64,000 nt of DNA from positions 96,001 to 160,000 of the forward strand of contig CAVPSB010000002.1 in NCBI GenBank assembly GCA_963708025.1, given 5' to 3'. The stretch is from an uncultured Candidatus Rokubacteria bacterium. Lineage in GTDB: Bacteria > Methylomirabilota > Methylomirabilia > Rokubacteriales > DASRDR01. The number at the start of each line of letters is the position of its first letter. Positions within the stretch are counted from its first letter, which is position 1. The notes below the pieces were generated by a model that was not told the DNA's origin, ran no database searches, and saw only the letters and a list, made by a program, of their open reading frames with translations. Positions 20,955 through 29,629 of this stretch are shown piece after piece. The position numbers were made by a program, and so were the translations under genes.

Positions 20955-21188
20955 ATGAGCGACCCGGTCACCGAGCGCGCGCACTACCTGGCCGTGGGAG
21001 TTGACGGGAGCGGGGACCTGTTCCTGATCCAGGAGGGCCGCGTGGAGCACCTCGGCCTCCTGCGGCTCGCCTGGCGGCGACCGCGGACCGAGCCCCCGGG
21101 GGACACCGGGCCGCCGCCGGAAGATCGGCCGCCTGGCGGCCTCCGCCGGCTGATCGCCACCGCCATCGCCCTCGCCCTCACGATCTGA
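20955..21188 (+). CDS. small hypothetical protein (77 aa) with C-terminal hydrophobic tail
   Basis: AGGAGG RBS right after the previous stop codon. Confidence 0.55.
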   Translation: MSDPVTERAHYLAVGVDGSGDLFLIQEGRVEHLGLLRLAWRRPRTEPPGDTGPPPEDRPPGGLRRLIATAIALALTI

Positions 21189-21474
21189 CCGCCGTCCGCG
21201 GGCGCCCGACGCGGGCCTCCCGCGCGTACTCCCGGGGCCATCGGCGGCTCGACCTCTCCCGAGACGCAGCGACCGCGCTCAACACGGTAGTCCAGCCCCG
21301 CGGCGGCGAGCTTCGGCTCGAAGGCCGGCCCGATCACGAAGGCGATGAAAGGATCGGCCCTCGCCGGCGCCGCGCTCCGCGCGGCGAGACCGCGGTCGTG
21401 AAGTCGGCCTTGCCGCTCCTGCCGCGCTGGTCTATGCTGCCGGTCGGCCCCGAAGGGGCGAGAGGAGGATCTCG

Positions 21475-22500
21475 ATGGCATCTGGATCGTACACGGTGGC
21501 GGTGCTCGGACCGCTGCTCGACGGGGACGCCGCCGCCGAGCGCGAGCGGCTCGCGAAGGTGGGGGCCAGCGTGGTGATGGCGCGAGGGGGGAGCGAGGAC
21601 CAGATCATCGCCACGTGCGCCGAGGCGGACGTGGTGATGGCCTTCGGCGGCTTCCCGTTCACCGACCGCGTCTTCGCCGGCCTGCCCCGGCTCCGCTTCC
21701 TGCAGCAGTGCTCGGTCGGCTACGACCGGGTGGACGTCGAGGCCGCGACCCGCCACGGCGTGATCGTCGCCAACAGCCCGCGCTTCTGCCTCGAGGAGGT
21801 GTCCGATCACGCGGCCATGCTGATCCTGGCCTGCGCCCGGAAGCTCCCGCAGCAGGTCCACGCGGCCGCCCGCCACGGCTGGGACCGGCCGGCCGCCCTC
21901 GCCCAGATGGGGTCGGTCTTCCGGGTCAAGGGGCAGACCCTCGGCTTCGTGGCGTTCGGCAAGATCGCGCGGCTCACCGCCGAGAAGCTCCGCGGCTTCG
22001 GGATGAAGTACGTGGCGTTCGATCCGTACCTGTCGGCGGCCGACGCGCGGCCGTGGGACGTCGAGCTGGTCTCGCTGGACGAGCTGTGCCGGCGTGCCGA
22101 CTTCGTCTCGATGCACGCCTTGCTCAACGCCTCCACGCGGCATCTCCTGGGCGAGGCTCAGTTCCGCGCGATGAAGCCGACCGCCTACTTCGTGAACACC
22201 TCGCGCGGCGCGACCGTGGACGAGGCGGCGCTCCTCCGCGCGCTGCGCGAGGGCTGGATCGCCGGGGCGGCGCTCGACGTGATGGAGACCGAGCCGCCGG
22301 CCCCGGACAACGCCCTGCTCGGGCTGCCGAACGTGCTGCTCACGCCGCACACCGCGGGCTACAGCCTGGATTCCCTTGCGCAGAACCGGCGCGAGACCAT
22401 CGACGAGGTGCTGCGGGTGCTGAGCGGCGAGTGGCCGACCGCGCTGGTGAATCCCGCGGTGAAGCCGCGAGCGCGCGGCCGGACTCCCGCGCCCGCCTGA
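21475..22500 (+). CDS. D-isomer-specific 2-hydroxyacid dehydrogenase (CtBP-like)
   Basis: VGYDRVDV, EEVSDHA, FVNTSRG, AALDV and TPHTAG motifs. Confidence 0.9.
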   Translation: MASGSYTVAVLGPLLDGDAAAERERLAKVGASVVMARGGSEDQIIATCAEADVVMAFGGFPFTDRVFAGLPRLRFLQQCSVGYDRVDVEAATRHGVIVANSPRFCLEEVSDHAAMLILACARKLPQQVHAAARHGWDRPAALAQMGSVFRVKGQTLGFVAFGKIARLTAEKLRGFGMKYVAFDPYLSAADARPWDVELVSLDELCRRADFVSMHALLNASTRHLLGEAQFRAMKPTAYFVNTSRGATVDEAALLRALREGWIAGAALDVMETEPPAPDNALLGLPNVLLTPHTAGYSLDSLAQNRRETIDEVLRVLSGEWPTALVNPAVKPRARGRTPAPA

Positions 22501-22586
22501 GACCTTCCGGGGGGGTCTCGCCGCGCCGGGCCCGGCTCGAATTTCCCCGGGACCGATCGCGCCGTGCGTAGTACGCTGCGGACTGC

Positions 22587-23954
22587 ATGAGCCCGCGGCG
22601 CGTCTCCGGCCTGCTCGTGGCGGCGCTCGCGGTCTCGCTACTCGGCGCCGCCCACACGGCCGCCCAGGTCGAGGGGCCCTTCGAGCCCGCCGAGCTGGGT
22701 CCCTACGACCCGCTCCAGGGCATGGAGCCGAGCGGCCGGATTCCGAGAGTGCCCCTTCCCGTCGAGCTGCCCAACCCGCAGCGCTGGCGCTACATTCCCG
22801 AGGGCCGGATCAAGCCGGGGAACGTCTTCGAGCGGTTCCTGGTGACGAGCTTCGTCGCCCCCCAGTTCTTCTTCGAGCAGGCGGTGGGCGCCGGAGGTGG
22901 AATCGCGCTCACCGACATCGACTTCCGCGATCAGCGCCGGCGGGAGTTCCTGGGGGCCTTTCTCAGCTACACCACCGAGGGCCAGCAGAAGTACCGCCTG
23001 ATCTGGCGGCGGTGGCTCCATCACGAGGAGCTGCCGGGGGGCGGGGTCATCCTGGAGGAGCGGAGCTTCGTCAACGTCGCCGGCGGCTACCAGAAGACGC
23101 TGACCCGACGCTTTTTCGGCCTGGGTCCGGACACCCCGCCGTCGGCCGAGTCGAGCTACACCGACGAGGTGGCGGACCTCGCGGTGCGCGGTGATTTCTC
23201 GCTGCCGCATCCGGGGAGCGACTGGGTGCTGACTGTGGGGCTGCGCGGGGAGCACCACAACCTGGCACCCGGGCGTGTCTCGGGGGTGCCGACCACCAAC
23301 CAGGCGTTTCCCGTTCTGTTCGCCGACGGGGACGGCCGCGACAGCGTGACGGTGAGCGCCGGGCTCCGGTACGACACGCGCGACAGCCAGCACCAGCCGT
23401 ATGGCGGCTGGCGGGTCGGCCTCGGGGTGGACGCGCCGGTCTGGCAGAGCACGGGGAGCCCGGGCGCGGTCTACGGGCTCTACGCCAGCACGTCGTTCCG
23501 GCTGCCGCCGCTCTTCCACTCGGGCGGGGATCCGAGCGAGGAGAACCCGCCGACCGACAGCCTGGCCCTGGGCGCCTTCGTGCAGGACAGCGTCGGGGAT
23601 CTGGCCTTCTACGACCGGCCGTCGCTCGGCGGCACCCACACGCTGCGGGGGTACATCACGAACCGGTTCACCGACAATGCGGCGTGGCACGCCAGCGCCG
23701 AGTACCGCTTCTGGGTGGTGCCGCGTGGCTTCGCGGTGACGCCGACCATCCGGGTCGAGCGCATCGGCCTTGCTCTCTTCGGCGACGTGGGCACCGTCGC
23801 CGACAGCCTCGGGGACCTGCCGAGCGCCCGCATCCACACGAGCTATGGCATCGGGCTCCGCGTGAGCCTCGAGCGCACCGCGCTCTTCCGCGCCGACTTC
23901 GGCTTCTCGGGCGAGGGCCTCAACTTCACGCTCGCCTTCGGCCTGAGCTTCTGA
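22587..23954 (+). CDS. Omp85/BamA-TamA family outer-membrane beta-barrel protein
   Basis: Signal peptide, LRYDTRD, LGGTHTLRGY, SAEYRF, FGDVG motifs and a C-terminal Phe. Confidence 0.75.
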   Translation: MSPRRVSGLLVAALAVSLLGAAHTAAQVEGPFEPAELGPYDPLQGMEPSGRIPRVPLPVELPNPQRWRYIPEGRIKPGNVFERFLVTSFVAPQFFFEQAVGAGGGIALTDIDFRDQRRREFLGAFLSYTTEGQQKYRLIWRRWLHHEELPGGGVILEERSFVNVAGGYQKTLTRRFFGLGPDTPPSAESSYTDEVADLAVRGDFSLPHPGSDWVLTVGLRGEHHNLAPGRVSGVPTTNQAFPVLFADGDGRDSVTVSAGLRYDTRDSQHQPYGGWRVGLGVDAPVWQSTGSPGAVYGLYASTSFRLPPLFHSGGDPSEENPPTDSLALGAFVQDSVGDLAFYDRPSLGGTHTLRGYITNRFTDNAAWHASAEYRFWVVPRGFAVTPTIRVERIGLALFGDVGTVADSLGDLPSARIHTSYGIGLRVSLERTALFRADFGFSGEGLNFTLAFGLSF

Positions 23955-24106
23955 TCGCCGCGGGTCGCGCCGGCGCGACCGTCGGGCCCGGTCACGCGGC
24001 TCCCGGGCCGGAGGGTTCGGGCCGCAGGAGCCGCCGGCACGCCGACCACGACGTCGAACCCCGACCGACACTCCTTGACGTAGTTTGTCAAGCCGCCGGG
24101 GGCGCG

Positions 24107-24934
24107 TCAGGGTGCGAGGGCTCGGGCCGCCGCGTGGATGCGGGTGGGGTCGTACGGGGGCTCGATCAGGAGGATGAGCCGGTCCACGCCGAGTCGCTCG
24201 AGGGCGGCGCGCGACGGTGAGTCTCGGCGCAGCCACGGGTCCCGCAGGCCGGCGAACACCGACACCGAGAAGCGCGCGGTGTCCCGCCCGGCGGCGGCGT
24301 GGGCCTCCCGGGCGACCCCGATCAGCTCGGCGAGCTTCGGGTGACCGGCCTGCGTGTTGAAGCCGTCGGCGACGCGGCCCGCGATCCCCGCCATGCGCGG
24401 GCCGAAGCCGCCCACGATGACCGGCGGCGGGGGATCGGCGCGCAGGTAGCCCGAGGGGCGCTCGAGCCGGTAGTGCGTCCCGTCGAAGCTCGTCCCGTCG
24501 CCCCGCCAGAGCCGCCGCATGACCTCGATCGCCTCCGCCACCCGGGCGGCGCGGACCGCGTCGGCCTCCACGGCCAGGCCGAGGGCCTCCTGCTCCACTG
24601 GGTACGGCGTGCGCCGGTTGCCGCCGGCGCCGAGACCCAGGAGGAGCCGGCCGCCGGAGACCTGCTGGAGCGTCGCCGCCATGTTGGCCAGGATGCCGGG
24701 ATGGCGGATGTTGACGTTGAGCACGAGGGGGCCGAGGGTGATGCGCCGGGTCACCTCGGCCAGCGCGGCCAGCGTCGTCCAGACCTCGGGCACGCCGACC
24801 GGGGAGCCGGCCGGGTCCCGCAGGTGGTCCCACGTCCAGAGGCCGTCGAAGCCGGCCTCCTCGACAGCCGTCGCGGCCGCCCGCATCTCGGCGTAGCGCG
24901 CGCCCATCGGGATCAAGAGGACGTCGGTCTTCAT
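24107..24934 (-). CDS. LLM class flavin-dependent oxidoreductase
   Basis: GFDGLWTWDH, SGGRLLLGLGAG and VIVGGFGP motifs. Confidence 0.88.
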   Translation of the reverse strand: MKTDVLLIPMGARYAEMRAAATAVEEAGFDGLWTWDHLRDPAGSPVGVPEVWTTLAALAEVTRRITLGPLVLNVNIRHPGILANMAATLQQVSGGRLLLGLGAGGNRRTPYPVEQEALGLAVEADAVRAARVAEAIEVMRRLWRGDGTSFDGTHYRLERPSGYLRADPPPPVIVGGFGPRMAGIAGRVADGFNTQAGHPKLAELIGVAREAHAAAGRDTARFSVSVFAGLRDPWLRRDSPSRAALERLGVDRLILLIEPPYDPTRIHAAARALAP

Positions 24935-24935
24935 C

Positions 24936-25044
24936 GGGACCTCCCGCCTACCCCGATCCTTCGACGGCCTTCGGCCTTTGGCCCCCTCCCCCATCGATCG
25001 GACGGCCTTCGGCCTCTGGCGGGGGGGAGGGGGGAGTCGGAGGC
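24936..25044 (+). repeat. short REP/MITE-like element, copy D (two cores)
   Basis: GGGACCTCCCGCCTACCCC...GACGGCCTTCGGCCTTTGG...GGACGGCCTTCGGCCTCTGGC G-tracts GTCGGAGGCC. Confidence 0.8.
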
Positions 25045-25313
25045 CAGTGAGCGCTCGAAGGCCCGGTGTCGGGGGTTCGCTCCACGACCAGCGTGACCTC
25101 GTCGTCCAGCGGCCGGCCGCGGTTACCGGGGCGCACGGTCCAGCCGGGATGCTGGCGGATCACGTCCACCGCGGCCTGGACGAGCCGCGGCAGGAGCCGG
25201 TCGTGAAACTCGCGGAGCCAGACGTAGCCGTCCTCCTCCCCCTCGTACTGCTCGGGGAACTCGCAGCGGAGATCCAGCCGCAGCGTGAAGTCCCGCTCCT
25301 CGACGTAGCGCAT
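24948..25313 (-). CDS. hypothetical protein; C-terminus encoded by repeat D
   Basis: MRYVEERDFTLRLDLRCEFPEQYEGEEDGY...NRGRPLDDEVTLVVER, with an AAGGAG RBS. Confidence 0.65.
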   Translation of the reverse strand: MRYVEERDFTLRLDLRCEFPEQYEGEEDGYVWLREFHDRLLPRLVQAAVDVIRQHPGWTVRPGNRGRPLDDEVTLVVERTPDTGPSSAHWPPTPPSPPPEAEGRPIDGGGGQRPKAVEGSG

Positions 25314-25442
25314 GTCGGCTCCTTGCCCTCCCGGGCCTGGTCTGGGCCCCATGATACGTCGCCGCCGGGGCGGCTTGCGCGCGCCCGCCCGCCGGAGCCA
25401 GAATGGCGGGCGAGCCGCCTGGCGCCGAGAGGAGGACGCCGC

Positions 25443-26534
25443 ATGCACGTCGGCATGGCCACCATCTTCCAGAGTCCCGGCCGGGAGCGTCCGGACGCCG
25501 ACATCTACCGGGAGGAGCTGCGTCTGGCCGACCTCGCCGAGCCCCTGGGCTTCGAGTCGATCTGGGGCGTCGAGCACCACTTCACCGACTACACGATGTG
25601 TCCCGACGTGCTGCAGTTCCTGGCGTACATGGCGGGGCGGACCGAGCGGATCGGGCTCGGCTCGATGGTGGTCGTGCTGCCCTGGCACGACCCGATGCGG
25701 GTGGCCGAGGAAGTCGCGATGCTCGACGCCCTGTCCGGCGGCCGGGTGATCCTCGGGCTCGGGCGGGGCGCCGGGAAAGTCGAGTTCGACGGCTTCCGCC
25801 AGCCCATGGAGGAGTCACGGCCGCGCTTCGTGGAGGCGGCCGAGATGCTCCTCCGCGGGCTCGAGCAGGGCTACTGCGAGTATTCGGGCGCGTTCGTCCG
25901 GCAGCCGCGGGCGGCGATCCGGCCGGCGCCCTTCCGGTCGTTCCGCGGGCGCACCTACGCGGCGGCGGTCTCCCCCGAGTCGGCCCGTATCATGGCCGAG
26001 CTGGGCGTCGGGATCCTCATCATCCCCCAGAAGCCGTGGCCGGAGGTCGCCCGGGAGCTGGATGCCTATCGCACGGTCTACCGGGAGGTGAACCGGGCCG
26101 AGGCGCCGCCCCCGATCGCGGCCGGCTGGACGTTCTGCGACCGGAGCCCGGACCGCGCCCGCGAGCTGGCGGCCCGGTACATCGGCGGGTACTTCCAGTC
26201 CGTCCTCGACCACTACAACTTCGCGGGCGACCACCTCGGCAAGACCCGGGGCTACGAGTACTACGGCAAGATCGCCGACAAGATCGCGACCTACGGGGAG
26301 GCCAGCGTCACCGACTTCTTCCTGAGCCTGCAGGTTTGGGGCACGCCCGAGCAGTGCTACGAGCGGATTCTGGACACCCGGCGGCGCATCGGCAACGATA
26401 CCTTCGTCGGCGTCTTCAGCTACGGGGGTATGCCGGCGGCCGACGCGGAGCGGAGCCAGCGCCTGTTCGCCGCGGAGGTACTCCCCGCGCTCCAGGCCCT
26501 CGACCGGGCGCCGGTGCCCGCCGCGACGGCTTGA
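25443..26534 (+). CDS. LLM class flavin-dependent oxidoreductase
   Basis: GFESIWGVEHHF, HDPMRVAEE and SGGRVILGLGRG motifs. Confidence 0.88.
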   Translation: MHVGMATIFQSPGRERPDADIYREELRLADLAEPLGFESIWGVEHHFTDYTMCPDVLQFLAYMAGRTERIGLGSMVVVLPWHDPMRVAEEVAMLDALSGGRVILGLGRGAGKVEFDGFRQPMEESRPRFVEAAEMLLRGLEQGYCEYSGAFVRQPRAAIRPAPFRSFRGRTYAAAVSPESARIMAELGVGILIIPQKPWPEVARELDAYRTVYREVNRAEAPPPIAAGWTFCDRSPDRARELAARYIGGYFQSVLDHYNFAGDHLGKTRGYEYYGKIADKIATYGEASVTDFFLSLQVWGTPEQCYERILDTRRRIGNDTFVGVFSYGGMPAADAERSQRLFAAEVLPALQALDRAPVPAATA

Positions 26535-26566
26535 GACAGAGCCGGCTGGCGAGAGCCGGTCGCGGA

Positions 26567-27424
26567 TCAGGCGAGCCGCATCAGTCGGAGGGCGACCCGC
26601 GCGAGCAGGCCGTCCGGTCGGCCCAGGGTCTCCAGCATCTCGAAGTGGTTCAGATCGGGCCCCACGATCAGCCCGGCCGCCAGGCCTTTCGCGCGGAGGG
26701 CCGCGGTGAACTCGGCCGCCTGGCGCTTGAACTCGGGGCTCTCGCGCTCGCCGTGGGCGACCGCGATCGGGCAGCGGATGCGGTCGACGTGGCGTTGGGG
26801 CGAGAGCAGATCCTCCTCCTCCCGTGTCACCTGGACGTAGGCGCTGCGCGCGCTCAGGAGGGGGCCCCGGAGGTCGTACATCCCCCCGACGCAGAGGCCG
26901 GCCTGGATCGGTCGCTCGGGCAGACCCAGCGCGCTCCAGTCGGTGCTGAGGGCGACCGCGGCCAGGTGCGCGCCGGAGCTGTGACCGCAGAGGTAGAGGC
27001 GCTCCGGGTCACCGCCGAAGCTCCGGGCGTTGGCGTACACCCAGGCGATCGCTCGCCGGACCTGGGCGGCCATCTCCGGGAGCCGGGCGTCCGGGATGCT
27101 CGCGAAGCCGAGGGCCACGTAGTGGGCCCCGGCGCCGACGAGCGTTTCGGCCGGGAACGAGTAGTCGTCCTTGTGCCCGCCGCGCCAGGCGCCCCCGTGG
27201 ACGAAGACGAGGACGGGCGCGCTCCCGGCCGCCGCCGGGAACACGTCGAGCGTCTCGGCCTCGGTCGGACCATAGCGGAGATCGGCCTGGCGCCGCCGGC
27301 GGGTCCGGACTGCCGCGCTCGCGGTCGCGTAGCGCTGGATCACCTCGGCCGCGTTGGGCGCCCAGACCCGCTGGTCGTACGCTCGGTCGAGCTCGTCCTG
27401 GGTGTAGTCGAGGAAGACGTTCAC
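26567..27424 (-). CDS. alpha/beta hydrolase (arylformamidase-like)
   Basis: YTQDELDRAYDQ, HGGAW, GHSSGAH and LNHFE motifs. The ORF-track 5' extension is translated repeat DNA. Confidence 0.85.
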   Translation of the reverse strand: MNVFLDYTQDELDRAYDQRVWAPNAAEVIQRYATASAAVRTRRRRQADLRYGPTEAETLDVFPAAAGSAPVLVFVHGGAWRGGHKDDYSFPAETLVGAGAHYVALGFASIPDARLPEMAAQVRRAIAWVYANARSFGGDPERLYLCGHSSGAHLAAVALSTDWSALGLPERPIQAGLCVGGMYDLRGPLLSARSAYVQVTREEEDLLSPQRHVDRIRCPIAVAHGERESPEFKRQAAEFTAALRAKGLAAGLIVGPDLNHFEMLETLGRPDGLLARVALRLMRLA

Positions 27425-27443
27425 GCGGTGGCCGAAGTCTAGC

Positions 27444-27642
27444 GGGCAGGGCCGATGAGCGTCGGGTCGTCGATCTCGGTCGTGACGCGCTCGGCCTACG
27501 GCCTCGCGTCCGTCCCGACCTATGGTCGTCCTCGGTCGTCGCCGATCCTCGGCGTACTCGGAGTACGCCTGCGGTCGGCGACTCCCTGCGTCGATTGGAC
27601 GGCCTTCGGCCTGTGGGCGCTGCTCGCTCCTCGACCCTGCCC
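27444..27642 (+). repeat. long (~200 bp) structured repeat, copy 2
   Basis: Homologous to 12248-12463, with TIR GGGCAGGGCCGA/TCGACCCTGCCC. Confidence 0.85.
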
Positions 27643-27710
27643 CGAGGAACTGGTCTCGTCTGCGGTCACTTTGGCGCTTCAAGGAGTCTAGCACGCCGCC
27701 CGGAGGCCCC

Positions 27711-28799
27711 ATGAGGATCACTCACGTCACCACCCGGGTGCTGAGCACGCCGGCCGACAACCCGCTCGTAGTCGGCCTGCCGGCGCCCACCGACACCCGC
27801 GAGTTCGTCACGCTCGAGCTGGGCACCGACCAGGGTCTCGTCGGCCTCGGCCTGACGTTCTTCGGCGGCGCCCTCACGCCGGCCCTCAAGGCCGCGGTCG
27901 ACGCGCTGGGCGGCCTCGTTGTCGGGGATGACCCCACGCAGGTCGAGGCCATCGCCGCCAAGCTGCGGCGCGCGGCGGGCAGCTCGGGCCCCGGTGGCAT
28001 CTTCACGCTGGCGCTCTCGGCCGTCGACCTCGCGTGCTGGGACCTCAAGGGCAAGGCGGTGGGCCAGTCGGTGTGCGCGCTGCTCGGCGGCCTGCGCGAC
28101 CGGGTGTCGACGTACGCCAGCGGCGCCCTCATGCGCGCGCATCCGGTGAAGTACCTGGCGGAGGCCGGGCCGCGCCTGGCCGCCCGGGGCTTCCGCCAGA
28201 TGAAGATGCAGTGCGGGAGCGAGCCGACGATGGCCGCGTCCGTCGAGCGGGTGCGCGTCCTGCGCGACGCCATCGGCGCCGACGTGGACCTGATGTGCGA
28301 CATCAACCAGCTCTGGAGCGTGAACCACGCCATCGAGGTCGGGCGCCGGCTCGAGCCCTATCATCTCTACTGGCTCGAGGATCCCGTCGCCCACGACGAC
28401 TACGCCGGGCTCGCCCGCGTCGCCGACGCCCTCGTCACGCCGATCGCCGCCGGCGAGTACCACTACGGCATCGTGCCGTTCCGCCATCTGCTCGAGGCGC
28501 GGGCCATCGACATCGTGATGATCGACCTCGTGCGGGTGGGGGGCATCACGCAGTGGATGAAGGTGGCCGGCATGGCCGAGGCGTTCAACCTGCCGGTGGT
28601 GAGCCACCTGGTGCCGGAGATCCACGTCCACATGGTCGCCGCCGTCCCCAACGGCCTCACCGTCGAGTACATGCCGTGGACGCTCCGCCTCTTCGAGGAG
28701 ACGCCGGCGATCGAGGGCGGTCAGCTGGTGGTGCCGAAGAAGCCGGGCCTCGGCCTGACCTTCGACCCCGCGACGATCAAGCGCTATCGGGTGGGCTGA
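27711..28799 (+). CDS. mandelate racemase / muconate lactonizing enzyme family protein
   Basis: ALSAVDLACWDLKGK, KMQ, MCDIN, WLEDP, AAGE and PGLGL motifs. Confidence 0.88.
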   Translation: MRITHVTTRVLSTPADNPLVVGLPAPTDTREFVTLELGTDQGLVGLGLTFFGGALTPALKAAVDALGGLVVGDDPTQVEAIAAKLRRAAGSSGPGGIFTLALSAVDLACWDLKGKAVGQSVCALLGGLRDRVSTYASGALMRAHPVKYLAEAGPRLAARGFRQMKMQCGSEPTMAASVERVRVLRDAIGADVDLMCDINQLWSVNHAIEVGRRLEPYHLYWLEDPVAHDDYAGLARVADALVTPIAAGEYHYGIVPFRHLLEARAIDIVMIDLVRVGGITQWMKVAGMAEAFNLPVVSHLVPEIHVHMVAAVPNGLTVEYMPWTLRLFEETPAIEGGQLVVPKKPGLGLTFDPATIKRYRVG

Positions 28800-28851
28800 G
28801 GAATACTCAACACAAGACGAGCCGGGCCCGTGTATCATCAGCGAGGGCTCT

Positions 28852-29613
28852 ATGGGTGACCGCAGCGCGATCGAGTGGACGGACGCTACGTGGAATCCGG
28901 TCACGGGCTGCACCAAGATTTCCCCCGGCTGTAAGTTCTGCTATGCCGAGCGGCTTACAGAACGATGGGGTCGGGGCGACTTCCGGAAGGTGACATTGCA
29001 TCCAGACCGCCTCCAGTTGCCAATACGCTGGCGTACTCCCCGACGGATCTTTGTCAATAGCATGAGTGACCTGTTCCACGAACGCGTTCCCTTCGACTAC
29101 GTTGACCGGGTCTTCCACGTCATGACCGAGGCACGCCAGCACGTGTTTCAGGTCCTGACGAAGCGGCCGGATCGTCTGCTCGAATGGCACACGGGCCACG
29201 GCAAGACTCTTCTGCCTGGACACATCTGGCTCGGAGTCTCGGTTGAGTTGAGTGCATACCTCTGGCGAGTGGATCGTCTCCGTCAGGTCAATGTCCCGAT
29301 CCGGTTCGTTAGCGCCGAACCATTGCTCGGATCTCTCACGCATCTCGATCTGACCGGGATTGCCTGGGTGATCACAGGCGGGGAATCGGGTGGATCCGCG
29401 ACGCGCTCTCTCGTCACGAGAGAGCGGGGCGCTTGGAGTCCAAAGCCAGACGCGCTCGCCTGGGTCAGGGAGATCCGTGACCGGTGCGAAACGACGGGCG
29501 TCGCATTCTTCCATAAGCAGTGGGGCGGTCCAACGCCGAAAGCCGGTGGCCGCCAACTCGATCGCAAGCTATATGATGGATATCCCTTGACTGCAGAGCC
29601 ATCTGACATCTGA
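28852..29613 (+). CDS. DUF5131 (phage Gp37/Gp68-like) three-Cys-motif protein
   Basis: IEWTDATWNPVTGCTKISPGCKFCYAE, FVNSMSDLFH, QVLTKRP, SAEPLL, WVITGGESG and FFHKQWGG motifs. Confidence 0.9.
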   Translation: MGDRSAIEWTDATWNPVTGCTKISPGCKFCYAERLTERWGRGDFRKVTLHPDRLQLPIRWRTPRRIFVNSMSDLFHERVPFDYVDRVFHVMTEARQHVFQVLTKRPDRLLEWHTGHGKTLLPGHIWLGVSVELSAYLWRVDRLRQVNVPIRFVSAEPLLGSLTHLDLTGIAWVITGGESGGSATRSLVTRERGAWSPKPDALAWVREIRDRCETTGVAFFHKQWGGPTPKAGGRQLDRKLYDGYPLTAEPSDI

Positions 29614-29629
29614 CCCGATCGGGGGACAC

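Noticed and set aside
27522-27721. Shared N-terminal peptides such as AEGRP / SAYSEYACG in several ORF-track proteins
   Set aside because: These are translations of the intergenic repeat family, not a protein domain.
28852-29613. Prophage, based on the 'phage Gp37/Gp68' family name
   Set aside because: No integrase, structural or replication phage genes are nearby.
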